Shown: positions 44,092 through 52,178 of the stretch, piece by piece
How the letters are laid out: every line of letters starts with the position of its first letter
Position numbering within the stretch: the stretch's first letter is position 1
NCBI GenBank assembly: GCA_002773285.1
Contig: PFBM01000005.1
Span: 2,225-56,174 of the forward strand
Direction: 5' to 3'
From: Candidatus Kaiserbacteria bacterium CG10_big_fil_rev_8_21_14_0_10_59_10
Lineage (GTDB): Bacteria > Patescibacteriota > Minisyncoccia > Phycocordibacterales > UBA2100
Length of the DNA: 53,950 nucleotides
Position numbers and translations under genes: made by a program
Notes under the pieces: model-generated
The model's input: only the letters and a program-made list of their open reading frames with translations
What the model was told of the DNA's origin: nothing
Database searches by the model: none

Positions 44092-44487
44092 TTACCAAAT
44101 CTCAAATAGCGCCTCGCCGCCCACTTTTTCCTTACGCGCCTCCGTATCCGTGAGAATGCCCCGGGGCGTGGAGAGAATGAGCGTACCGTGGCCGTAGCGC
44201 ACCGGCGAGAGCTCTTGCACGCTGCGATACATGCGCCGTCCGGGCTTTGAGACGCGTCTGACTCCCTGAATAGCGTGCCGTCCGCCCTCGTCGTACCGCA
44301 AAACAATGTCCAATGTCTTGCGAACTTTCTTTCCCTTCTTTTCCACCGCCTTGACGTATCCGGCATCCTTTAGCTTCTCTGCAATGGAGAACTTAAGCAT
44401 AGAGAACGGCACGGACACCGATTCCTTGCGGACGGCGCCGGCGTTCTTTACGCGTATTATCAGGTCTCCTACTGGGTCTGTTGTCAT
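44092..44487 (-). CDS. rpsH: 30S ribosomal protein S8
   Basis: 131 aa. MTTDPVGDLIIRVKNAG... Confidence 0.95.
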   Translation of the reverse strand: MTTDPVGDLIIRVKNAGAVRKESVSVPFSMLKFSIAEKLKDAGYVKAVEKKGKKVRKTLDIVLRYDEGGRHAIQGVRRVSKPGRRMYRSVQELSPVRYGHGTLILSTPRGILTDTEARKEKVGGEALFEIW

Positions 44488-44517
44488 ACGTGTGTCGTGT
44501 GTGTGCAGCGCGCGGCG

Positions 44518-44703
44518 CTACCAGGAAGATTTCTTAATGCCCGGAATGTTGCCTTCGAGCGCTTCTTCGCGGAAGCAGATGCGGCAGAGGTTGAAGTCGC
44601 GCATAAAACCGCGCGGCCGGCCGCACTTGAAGCAACGCCGCACAACGCGGCTCTTGAACTTCGGCGTCTTTTCCGCCTTCGCCCTCATCGATTTCTTTGC
44701 CAT
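44518..44703 (-). CDS. rpsZ: 30S ribosomal protein S14 type Z (zinc-binding form)
   Basis: 61 aa from ATG 44703. [10 protein letters not shown]...CRICFRE. Confidence 0.93.
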   Translation of the reverse strand: MAKKSMRAKAEKTPKFKSRVVRRCFKCGRPRGFMRDFNLCRICFREEALEGNIPGIKKSSW

Positions 44704-44861
44704 GGAATGGAATATGCGCACGTCAGGGAGATGTCGGAGTCCTGCACGTTCGGCTTGCGCCGGCCGTTATGGCAACTCCGTGCCGTGGCTTTGTTCCCTC
44801 AAAAACTTCGGGTAGCAAAGGCGTACGCCTTAAAAACAAAGCCCCCTTACGAGGCAGGGGC

Positions 44862-44890
44862 ACTATATGCGATTATGCGAGCCGAGTCAA
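44862..44890 (-). promoter_or_regulatory. Near-consensus sigma70-type promoter TTGACT-17 nt-TATAGT inside the rplE-rpsZ spacer
   Basis: On the minus strand the -35 lies at 44890-44885 and the -10 at 44867-44862. The spacer, counted directly, is 17 nt. Confidence 0.55.
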
Positions 44891-44893
44891 CGG

Positions 44894-45436
44894 CTAGGAT
44901 TCGCGAAGCGGAAGGCCGATGTATCGCAGAAAACGTTCCGCCTCTTCTTTGCTGCGAGCGGTCGTCGCAATGGTGACCGAGAGCCCGAAGATGTCGCGCT
45001 GCTCCTCGTCGGCGGTCTCGGGAAACACCGTGTGCTCGCGCAGGCCGATGGTTATGTTTCCCATCTCGTCTATGGCAGAGATTTTCAGGCCGCGGAAGTC
45101 GCGGACGCGCGGGAGAACGATATGGATAAGCTTGTCGAGGAAAGAGCGCATGCGCTCGCCGCGAAGCGTTACCTGGTACCCTGCCGTGTCTCCCTGCCGT
45201 ATTTTGAACGTCGCGATGGACTTGCGCGCCGGCCGCGGGGCGGGTGCCTGCCCCGTGATGCGCGCAAGGCGATCCTTGATGACCTCGCGTTTTTTCGGGT
45301 CGTGCGCATTCCCAACGCCGGAGGAAACGACCACCTTCGTGATGCGGGGCGCCTGCATGCTGCTCGTGTACCCTTCCGCGCCCTTCAGCGCATCGAATGT
45401 TCCTGCCATTTTCTCTGCAATGTGTGTCATACGCAT
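44894..45436 (-). CDS. rplE: 50S ribosomal protein L5
   Basis: 180 aa. PRITKVVVSSGVG...FRGL...GNITIGLREH. Confidence 0.95.
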   Translation of the reverse strand: MRMTHIAEKMAGTFDALKGAEGYTSSMQAPRITKVVVSSGVGNAHDPKKREVIKDRLARITGQAPAPRPARKSIATFKIRQGDTAGYQVTLRGERMRSFLDKLIHIVLPRVRDFRGLKISAIDEMGNITIGLREHTVFPETADEEQRDIFGLSVTIATTARSKEEAERFLRYIGLPLRES

Positions 45437-45444
45437 GTGTGCAT

Positions 45445-45750
45445 TTATAGCGTGCCGCCGCTTCGCGTACTCACCCGCGCACGCACTCCACCCTCGCGCC
45501 TGATGCGCACGCGGGTCGGCTTTCCGCTCTTGGGATCTATAAGCTGCACGTTCGAGACGTGGAGCGGCATCGTCTTTTCAATTATCTGGCCTGAGCGGTT
45601 CTGCGCCGTCGCGCGGCGGTGCTTCTTCACTACGTTGGCGCCGTCAATGACCACCATGGCCTTCCGCGGGAGCGCGCGCGTTACCGTCCCCGCCATACCG
45701 CGGTTCTTGCCTGCAATGACTATCACTTTGTCTCCCTTTTTTATGTTCAT
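45445..45750 (-). CDS. rplX: 50S ribosomal protein L24
   Basis: 101 aa. MNIKKGDKVIVIAGKNRG... Confidence 0.95.
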   Translation of the reverse strand: MNIKKGDKVIVIAGKNRGMAGTVTRALPRKAMVVIDGANVVKKHRRATAQNRSGQIIEKTMPLHVSNVQLIDPKSGKPTRVRIRREGGVRARVSTRSGGTL

Positions 45751-45937
45751 ATTAGTTTTTCTTAACGAGCATACGCGAGTTTAGAAATAACTTACACCCG
45801 CCTAAATTTCTTGCAAAGCGAGGGCATCGCGCCCTGCTTTGCGGCACGTTCATATTCCGAATTGCATTTGTGTCCATAAGATTTGTTGAGAAATTTGGGC
45901 GGGTTAAGAAAAGTATAGTCACAAGCTCCTTATTTTT
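45751..45937. repeat. Palindromic intergenic element, copy B (rplN-rplX spacer) with expanded loop
   Basis: Arms ACCCGCCTAAATTTC (45796-45810) and GAGAAATTTGGGCGGGT (45888-45904). The loop contains a nested hairpin GCAAAGCGAGGGC..GCCCTGCTTTGC. TATACT on the minus strand at 45917-45912. Confidence 0.8.
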
Positions 45938-46309
45938 CTAAACGACTTCCGGCGCGAGCGACGTCACTTTCTGGTACCCCCGTTCGGACAATTCGCGCGG
46001 GATAGGCCCGAACACTCGGTTCGCCTTCGGCTCCTTCTTACCCTTCTCCACTAGCACCACTGCATTCTCATCGAAGCGGATGTAGGAACCGTCTTTGCGG
46101 CGGAACGGCTTCGCCTGCCGTACGACGACCGCGTAGTGGATGTCTTTCTTTTTTACCGCTTTGCGCGGCTGCGCCGTTTGCACCGAGAGAATAACCTCAT
46201 CGCCGATGCGCGCGTAGCGGCGGCGCGTGCCTCCCGGCACCTTGAACACACGGCCTGTCTGGCCTCCTGAGTTGTCGGCGATCTTCACGATTGTTTGCGG
46301 TTGTATCAT
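45938..46309 (-). CDS. rplN: 50S ribosomal protein L14
   Basis: 123 aa. MIQPQTIVKIADNSG... Confidence 0.95.
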   Translation of the reverse strand: MIQPQTIVKIADNSGGQTGRVFKVPGGTRRRYARIGDEVILSVQTAQPRKAVKKKDIHYAVVVRQAKPFRRKDGSYIRFDENAVVLVEKGKKEPKANRVFGPIPRELSERGYQKVTSLAPEVV

Positions 46310-46328
46310 AGGGGTTGGTAGAGCGGCC

Positions 46329-46601
46329 TTAGGCCTCTGCTGCCGAAGAAATGCGCTCAGCGATGGTGAAATGCTTGCGCTTCGACATTGGGCGGATCTC
46401 GCGGATCGACACCGTATCGCCGACGGAGGCGGTGTTGCCGGCGTCGTGCACGAGATACTTTTTCGTCTTGCGCATGTACTTTTTGTATTTCGGGTGCTGC
46501 TCGTATCGCTCGACCGCGACCGTAACGGTGTCCTTCATGGCGGCCTTCACGACCGTCCCGCGCAACACTTTCCCTTTCGCTGATGTGTGCTTTTCTGCCA
46601 T
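46329..46601 (-). CDS. rpsQ: 30S ribosomal protein S17
   Basis: 90 aa. GTVVKAAMKDTVTVAVER... Confidence 0.95.
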   Translation of the reverse strand: MAEKHTSAKGKVLRGTVVKAAMKDTVTVAVERYEQHPKYKKYMRKTKKYLVHDAGNTASVGDTVSIREIRPMSKRKHFTIAERISSAAEA

Positions 46602-46613
46602 AGACGCCGAATA

Positions 46614-46817
46614 CTACGCGTTCTGCCGCTTTAAATCAATCTCTCGCATTCGAAGCTCAGTGAGCGCGCGTGCTATCTCGCGGCGCAGCGTGCGTCCCTC
46701 GCGCACGTTCCTTGTACGCGTACCCGCCTCGCTGAAACGGAATTCCCGCAACCGCTCGCGCATGTCGGCGATGGATTTCTGCAAGTCCTCGATGCTCTGT
46801 TTTTTTAGATCAGCCAT
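46614..46817 (-). CDS. rpmC: 50S ribosomal protein L29
   Basis: 67 aa from ATG 46817. MADLKKQSIEDLQKSIADMRERL... Confidence 0.9.
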   Translation of the reverse strand: MADLKKQSIEDLQKSIADMRERLREFRFSEAGTRTRNVREGRTLRREIARALTELRMREIDLKRQNA

Positions 46818-46857
46818 ACGAATGGTCGAATGTCGTGAATGGGCGCCGCAGGAGCTC

Positions 46858-47283
46858 CTACCGTGCAACAACCCGCACTTTCACCGGTAATTTGGTTCCG
46901 GCCTTCCGAAGCGCCTCGCGCGCGGCCGGCTCGGGCGCACCGTCTATCTCGAAAATCACCCTGCCGGGACGAACCTCGAACACGTATCCCTGCACGTCCC
47001 CTTTGCCGCTTCCCATTCCTACCTCAGCCGCCTTTGCCGTGAACGGACGGTCCGGAAACACCCGTATCCACACTTTCGCGCTCTTACCCGCGGAACGCGT
47101 GAGTGCGCGGCGCGCGGCTTCCAGCTGGTTCGATGTGACGCGCGCGGCGCTCGTTGCTTTTAGACCGAAGGAGCCGAACGCGACCGTGATGCCGCGCGTC
47201 TCGGGCGCGTTCATGCGGCGCGTGTGCTTGCGCCCCGTCTGCCACTTTCTGTACTTGGTTTTCTTCGGTGAAAGCATACTCAT
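46858..47283 (-). CDS. rplP: 50S ribosomal protein L16
   Basis: 141 aa. LSPKKTKYRKWQTGR... Confidence 0.95.
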   Translation of the reverse strand: MSMLSPKKTKYRKWQTGRKHTRRMNAPETRGITVAFGSFGLKATSAARVTSNQLEAARRALTRSAGKSAKVWIRVFPDRPFTAKAAEVGMGSGKGDVQGYVFEVRPGRVIFEIDGAPEPAAREALRKAGTKLPVKVRVVAR

Positions 47284-47285
47284 TA

Positions 47286-47957
47286 CTATTGCGACTTTTC
47301 ATCGGCGAACACCTCTCCGCGGTATATCCATACCTTGATACCGATAACACCATACGGAAGGTAGGCGACTTCGCGTGCAAAATCGATGTCTGCACGCAGC
47401 GTCTGCAGCGGCACGCGCCCCTTCTTCGCTTCCTCCGAGCGGGACATTTCCGCGCCGCCGAGGCGTCCGGACACGGCGATGCGCGCGCCTTCAACATCCC
47501 GATTCGCCATCACCTTCTCGACCGTCTGCTTGAGCACGCGGCGGAATGTCTGGCGCTTCTCGAGGCCTTCGGCGACCATGTATGCAACGACCGCGGCCTG
47601 TGATTCCGGGGAGCGCACCTCCTCAATATCGACACGCACGGGCATCGGCGTCGTCCCCTTTACGGAGCGCACCAATGCCTCAAGCTCTTTCGTCAGTTTG
47701 GCGCTGCCCTCGCCTCCGCGCCCGATAATGAAGCCGGGGCGAGAGGTGCGAAGGAGCACGCGTATCATCTTTTGGTTGCGCTCTATCTCGACAGAAGTCA
47801 CATAGTGGCCACGGAGCCTCTTTTTGAGAAAGCGGCGGATGGCGGCGTCAACCATGACGTTTTTCCGATACTCCGACGGCGTCGCGGCGAACCAGCGCGA
47901 TTTCCAATCGCGGATGATGCCGAGGCGATGTGCATATGGATGTACGGTGTGTGTCAT
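47286..47957 (-). CDS. rpsC: 30S ribosomal protein S3
   Basis: 223 aa. HPYAHRLGIIRDWKSRWF... Confidence 0.95.
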   Translation of the reverse strand: MTHTVHPYAHRLGIIRDWKSRWFAATPSEYRKNVMVDAAIRRFLKKRLRGHYVTSVEIERNQKMIRVLLRTSRPGFIIGRGGEGSAKLTKELEALVRSVKGTTPMPVRVDIEEVRSPESQAAVVAYMVAEGLEKRQTFRRVLKQTVEKVMANRDVEGARIAVSGRLGGAEMSRSEEAKKGRVPLQTLRADIDFAREVAYLPYGVIGIKVWIYRGEVFADEKSQ

Positions 47958-47968
47958 AGGGATAGCTT

Positions 47969-48391
47969 CTAGTTTCTAGCTTCTAGCTTCGAGGGCCGGC
48001 TAGACGCTGTTTTTGTTTTGCGTTTGGCTGCCGGCTTTTCCCCTGCAGCAGATGCGAGCTCGAGTGAGATGGTACTCATCGTCTTCGCATAGCGCGCGGC
48101 GCGCCCTCGCGCCATCGGCGTGTAGCGGCGCATGACGCCGGATTTATCCACGCTAATGCGCTTCACGACGAGCGAATCTTCGGTTAGCCCGGCGCTGCGC
48201 GCGTTCGCAACGGCAGATTCGAGAAGCTTTAGAACGGCAGGCGCGGACTTCTTGGGAAGGAACGAGAGGGCTACGCGCGCATCACTGACGGACTTGCCGC
48301 GTATCGCGTCCGCGACGAGCCGCGTCTTGCGCGGCGATTGCCTATGGCCGGACAGTTTTGCACGCACGGTATCTTTCGTATTCGTTGCCAT
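47969..48391 (-). CDS. rplV: 50S ribosomal protein L22
   Basis: 140 aa. SPRKTRLVADAIRGKSV... Confidence 0.95.
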   Translation of the reverse strand: MATNTKDTVRAKLSGHRQSPRKTRLVADAIRGKSVSDARVALSFLPKKSAPAVLKLLESAVANARSAGLTEDSLVVKRISVDKSGVMRRYTPMARGRAARYAKTMSTISLELASAAGEKPAAKRKTKTASSRPSKLEARN

Positions 48392-48394
48392 ATG

Positions 48395-48733
48395 CTACTT
48401 TTTCTTGGCCTCACCGGCCGCTTTGGCAGCTTGAGCAGCCGCAATCTCCGACTGCTTCGCCTTCGTGTCTATCTCCTTCTGCATCTTACCGCCGTGCCGC
48501 ACGAACTTCGTCGTCGGCGCGAACTCACCCAGACGATGCCCGACCATGTCTTCCGTTACCAGGACATCGGCGAAGTTTTTTCCCGTGTGTACGAGAAACG
48601 TGTATCCCACGAATTCGGGTGCTATCTGCGAAGCGCGCGCCCACGTCTTAATGCCGCCGTCTGACGGTTTTCGATGGGCGACTTTCTTCGCCAACTTCTC
48701 ATCCACATAGGGGCCTTTCTTGAGCGAGCGCAT
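48395..48733 (-). CDS. rpsS: 30S ribosomal protein S19 (Lys/Ala-rich C-extension)
   Basis: 112 aa from ATG 48733 (the track start at 48748 is TTG). [14 protein letters not shown]... Confidence 0.95.
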   Translation of the reverse strand: MRSLKKGPYVDEKLAKKVAHRKPSDGGIKTWARASQIAPEFVGYTFLVHTGKNFADVLVTEDMVGHRLGEFAPTTKFVRHGGKMQKEIDTKAKQSEIAAAQAAKAAGEAKKK

Positions 48734-48826
48734 ACTGGTTTCAATCAAAATCCCGCCTCAGCGGGTGCGCCCAATGTACCCGAGATGCAGGGCGGAGTCA
48801 AATTATCGCCGCGAAAAACGGGCATC

Positions 48827-49681
48827 TTATCCCTTCCGTCGTTTCCCGACCTTGCGGCGCGAGACGACGAAGACGTTCGAGTACTTCTTGGGGCGGCGCG
48901 TCTTCTGTCCCTTGCCCGTCGGCTTGCCCCACTTGGAGCGAGCGCGCCTGTGGCCGCGGCCGGCGCGGCCTTCACCGCCGCCATGCGGGTGGTCTACCGG
49001 ATTCATGGCACTGCCGCGGACCGTCGGCCGCTTACCCATCCAGCGCGCACGGCCCGCTTTGCCCACCACAACAAGGCGGTGCCCTTCATTCGATACCTCG
49101 CCGACGGACGCCCACGCCGTGCCGATGACCTTGCGGACTTCGCTCGAAGGCATCTTCAGGTGTGTATACCCCGCGTCGTGCGCGATGACCTCCGCGTAAT
49201 TGCCTGCGGAGCGCGCGATGCGCGCGCCGGCCCCGGGTTTCAGTTCAATGTTGTATACGAACGTACCGATAGGGATGTTGGAGAGCTGAAGGCGGTTGCC
49301 CGGCTCGAGCGGCGCTTTCGCCGATACGATAAACGTGCTTCCCACTTCCGTTTTCTGCGGGACGACGACGTATCGCTTCTCTCCATCCGCATAGATGGCG
49401 AGCCCGATGAAGGCCGAGCGGTTCGGGTCGTACTCAAGGGATGCGATGCGCGCCGGAATGTCCTTCTTGTCGAACTTGAAGTCCACATCACGCCACAGGC
49501 GCTTATGGCCGCCGCCGCGGTGTCGCGAGGTAATCCGCCCTTTGTGGTTGCGACCGGCGGCGCGCTTACCTCCCTTCACGAGTGATTTCTCTTTTTTTGA
49601 ACCGGAAAGCAGCGCGCGGTAGTTTAGGCCGCTCATGCCGCGTCGTCCGGCTGTTCGAGGTTTGTAGTGTTTTATGGCCAT
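48827..49681 (-). CDS. rplB: 50S ribosomal protein L2
   Basis: 284 aa. MAIKHYKPRTAGRR...GSAMNPVDHPHGGGEG. Confidence 0.95.
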   Translation of the reverse strand: MAIKHYKPRTAGRRGMSGLNYRALLSGSKKEKSLVKGGKRAAGRNHKGRITSRHRGGGHKRLWRDVDFKFDKKDIPARIASLEYDPNRSAFIGLAIYADGEKRYVVVPQKTEVGSTFIVSAKAPLEPGNRLQLSNIPIGTFVYNIELKPGAGARIARSAGNYAEVIAHDAGYTHLKMPSSEVRKVIGTAWASVGEVSNEGHRLVVVGKAGRARWMGKRPTVRGSAMNPVDHPHGGGEGRAGRGHRRARSKWGKPTGKGQKTRRPKKYSNVFVVSRRKVGKRRKG

Positions 49682-49684
49682 ACG

Positions 49685-50044
49685 CTACGCAATAGTGATA
49701 GTTTCTCCCTTCTTAAGATAAATGTACGCTTTCCGGCCCCCCTTCTTCACGCCGCGCTTACCGGTGCGCATACTGCGCACATTTTTCGCGGGGATGGTCG
49801 CGACGCGCACCTTGCGGGGGCGTACCTTGTAAATGCTCTGCACGGCCGCTACGACATCACGCTTCGTCGCCGTCGGAGAGATATCGAACACGTACACGCC
49901 GCTCCCGGACTCCATCGTCGCCTTTTCCGTGATACGCGGCTGCCGCAGAATATTCGAAAGACTCCCGCGCACGGGCACTAGCGCACGCTGGGATGTGCGC
50001 GCCTTCTTTTCTTCCTTTTTCTCGTTTTTGCTGAATAGTGCCAT
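49685..50044 (-). CDS. rplW: 50S ribosomal protein L23 (Lys/Glu-rich N-extension)
   Basis: 119 aa. ILRQPRITEKAT...VYVFDISPTATK. Confidence 0.93.
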   Translation of the reverse strand: MALFSKNEKKEEKKARTSQRALVPVRGSLSNILRQPRITEKATMESGSGVYVFDISPTATKRDVVAAVQSIYKVRPRKVRVATIPAKNVRSMRTGKRGVKKGGRKAYIYLKKGETITIA

Positions 50045-50051
50045 AGCTCAT

Positions 50052-50813
50052 TTATGCGCCTTTTTTCGCCGCGCGCTTCTTCACGCGCTTTGCGACATTC
50101 TTCTTTGCGCCTTTTTTCTCTTTCTTTGCATCCGCAGCCGCGGCTTTGCGGGCGCTTTTCTCCGGATGCGTACGCTGCTCCAGGACCGCAAGCGCCGCCT
50201 CTGGATTCTCGATGACGAGGAGCGAATGTGCAAGCACCGCGAGCGGATTGAGGTCGCGCACCGCCCCGGCCGTTACGGTGCCTATGTTTCGAAAGCTCTT
50301 AAGCGCCGCCTCTCGCGGATCGGGAAGCGCGACAAGTGTCTTCGGAAGGCGCGCGGCGTCGCTAACGGCTCCAGAGAGTGCGCTGAGCGCTTTCTTGGCC
50401 GACGCTGTTTTCGGCTCTTCAAGGCCAAAGTTGTCTACAAATACCACCTGCCCGTCGGCAAACTTCTTAGAAAGCGCGACAAAGAGCGCCTTTGTGCGCA
50501 TTTTCTTGGGGATGGCGCGCGCGTAACTCTTCTCTGCACGCGGACCGTGCGTCACGCCGCCGCCGCGCCAGATGGGAGAGCGGATGGAGCCGTGGCGCGC
50601 GCGTCCCGTCCCCTTTTGCCGCCACGGCTTCTTGCCGCCGCCAGAGACCTCTCCGCGGAACTTCGCGTGCGCGAGCGGCGCGCGGGCATTGGATTGCATC
50701 GAGGTTACGACTTGGTGGATGAGCGCGTTGTTCCATGGCAGGCCGAAAAGCGCCTCCGGCAACTCGATGGTTCCCGTTTTCTTTCCTTGCACGTTGTATA
50801 TATCCGCCTTCAT
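50052..50813 (-). CDS. rplD: 50S ribosomal protein L4 (Lys/Ala-rich C-extension)
   Basis: 253 aa. GGGKKPWRQKGTGRARHGSIRSPIWRGGG. Confidence 0.95.
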   Translation of the reverse strand: MKADIYNVQGKKTGTIELPEALFGLPWNNALIHQVVTSMQSNARAPLAHAKFRGEVSGGGKKPWRQKGTGRARHGSIRSPIWRGGGVTHGPRAEKSYARAIPKKMRTKALFVALSKKFADGQVVFVDNFGLEEPKTASAKKALSALSGAVSDAARLPKTLVALPDPREAALKSFRNIGTVTAGAVRDLNPLAVLAHSLLVIENPEAALAVLEQRTHPEKSARKAAAADAKKEKKGAKKNVAKRVKKRAAKKGA

Positions 50814-50821
50814 ACGTATGG

Positions 50822-51442
50822 TTATGCGCTTCGTATCTCGACAAGCGTCCCTCTACGCCCCGGCACTGCGCCCGAAATGACGAGTGTGCGGGATTCCGGG
50901 TCTACCTGCAGTACGCGGAGATTTTTCACGGTGACGCGCTCGCCCCCCATGCGGCCGGCCATGCGCATCCCCTTCACTACGCGGCCTCCCGCGCGGCCGC
51001 CGCCGCCGATAGAGCCCGGTGAACGCTCTTTGTCTTTCTGCCCGTGGCTTCTCGGTCCGCCCGCAAACCCGTGGCGCTTCACGACGCCCTGGAAACCCTT
51101 TCCTTTGGAAACGGCAGATACGGTCACCTCGTCGCCGGGCGAGAAAATAGAGATGTCGATGGTCTGCCCGCGCTCCCGCGCTTCACTGTCTTTAAATTCG
51201 CGGAGGTATCGCGCGTTCGGCAAGTCCTTGAGATGGCCGCGCACGGGCTTAGAGAGGCGCGTCTCGCGTCGCTCGCCAAAACCGACCTGCACCGCCTCGT
51301 ACCCGTCCCGCTCATCGGTGCGCACCTGGGTGACCGTAAGCGGGCCGGCGCTGATGACGGTTGCTGCATGCGCAACGCCGCCTTCATCGAAGACCTGCGT
51401 CATCTTCTCCTTTGTGCCAAGCATGTATTTGTTAGTTTTCAT
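50822..51442 (-). CDS. rplC: 50S ribosomal protein L3
   Basis: 206 aa. GTKEKMTQVFDEGG...GKGFQGVVKRHGF. Confidence 0.95.
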   Translation of the reverse strand: MKTNKYMLGTKEKMTQVFDEGGVAHAATVISAGPLTVTQVRTDERDGYEAVQVGFGERRETRLSKPVRGHLKDLPNARYLREFKDSEARERGQTIDISIFSPGDEVTVSAVSKGKGFQGVVKRHGFAGGPRSHGQKDKERSPGSIGGGGRAGGRVVKGMRMAGRMGGERVTVKNLRVLQVDPESRTLVISGAVPGRRGTLVEIRSA

Positions 51443-51555
51443 TGTGAGTGCAGCGAATTAGGAGAACTTTCACGCGCCTAAATTTTGCTGTGCAAAATTT
51501 GGGCGGGTCGTGAGAATTATAGTCGCTCGCCACGCTTGCTTCCTAATTCTCCACG
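51443..51555. repeat. Palindromic intergenic element, copy C (leader/promoter region of rplC)
   Basis: Core CGCGCCTAAATTTTGC-TGTGC-AAAATTTGGGCGGG (51473-51507). TATAAT on the minus strand at 51521-51516, 8 nt upstream of CCCGCCC. Confidence 0.8.
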
Positions 51556-51577
51556 AAAAATGCCCGCGCTAGCGGGC
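51556..51577 (-). terminator. Intrinsic terminator of the upstream gene (GCCCGC-TAGC-GCGGGC plus TTTTT on the minus strand)
   Basis: Plus-strand AAAAA-T-GCCCGC-GCTA-GCGGGC read directly. Separates gene 51684..52130 from the ribosomal operon. Confidence 0.6.
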
Positions 51578-51683
51578 GTTCATTGCCTCGCCAGCGGTCC
51601 CTCGCCGCCCTAGCGACGGGTCAATGGGACATGGGTGCGCGCAGTATACAGAAGAAGTGCCTGCGCGCAACCTTGCCGGTCGC

Positions 51684-52130
51684 TTAGACCGTAGGAGCTG
51701 TCGCAGAGGGCGGCGCGTCCGGGGTGTCCGATATAGTACCCTCCTCACCCCGCCCAAGGCGGCGCAAGACGTACCATCCAAGCACTACGACCGCAAGACC
51801 AAGTATGAGAAGGACGAGGACTCCTCCTATTCTGCCGGCAGCGGATGGCTGCACTGCTTCACCCTCAAGAAAAACGGGGCCGGGATCGGGGAGGTATTCG
51901 TGCACCACGCCTTGCGCTTCTGCCTCCGCTGCCAGCGCGTTCACCAGGATAGCGATCTCCTCATCGCTCATGTCTGCGGAGCGCGGGTCTGCGAGAATCG
52001 CCGCGCGGATGGATGCGTGCAGCTCCTCGCTTCTGTCCTCCTGCGCCGCAAGTACGAGTGGAAGCGCAAGAAACACCAGTGCGCCTACGCCAGCTGCGGT
52101 ACATGCGCGGAGCAAACTGCTGGAAGTCAT
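51684..52130 (-). CDS. Hypothetical exported protein with C-terminal TM anchor
   Basis: 148 aa. Signal peptide (VGALVFLALPLVLAAQ), a helical acidic segment, a TM helix near the C-terminus (GGVLVLLILGLAVVVLGWYV) and a short tail. Confidence 0.6.
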   Translation of the reverse strand: MTSSSLLRACTAAGVGALVFLALPLVLAAQEDRSEELHASIRAAILADPRSADMSDEEIAILVNALAAEAEAQGVVHEYLPDPGPVFLEGEAVQPSAAGRIGGVLVLLILGLAVVVLGWYVLRRLGRGEEGTISDTPDAPPSATAPTV

Positions 52131-52178
52131 GCAAAAAGTATACCAACGCCGGGACGCACGGAGCCGCCTTTATCCCCA

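Noticed and set aside
49833-51461. 542-aa plus-strand ORF, and many similar long ORFs elsewhere (e.g. 763..1830, 21712..22953, 40169..41251).
   Set aside because: They are antisense to unmistakable conserved genes (rplW/rplD/rplC, pilB, pyrC, gmk/secY). They are Arg/Pro/Ala/Cys-rich, as expected for stop-poor frames in high-GC DNA, and show no family resemblance.
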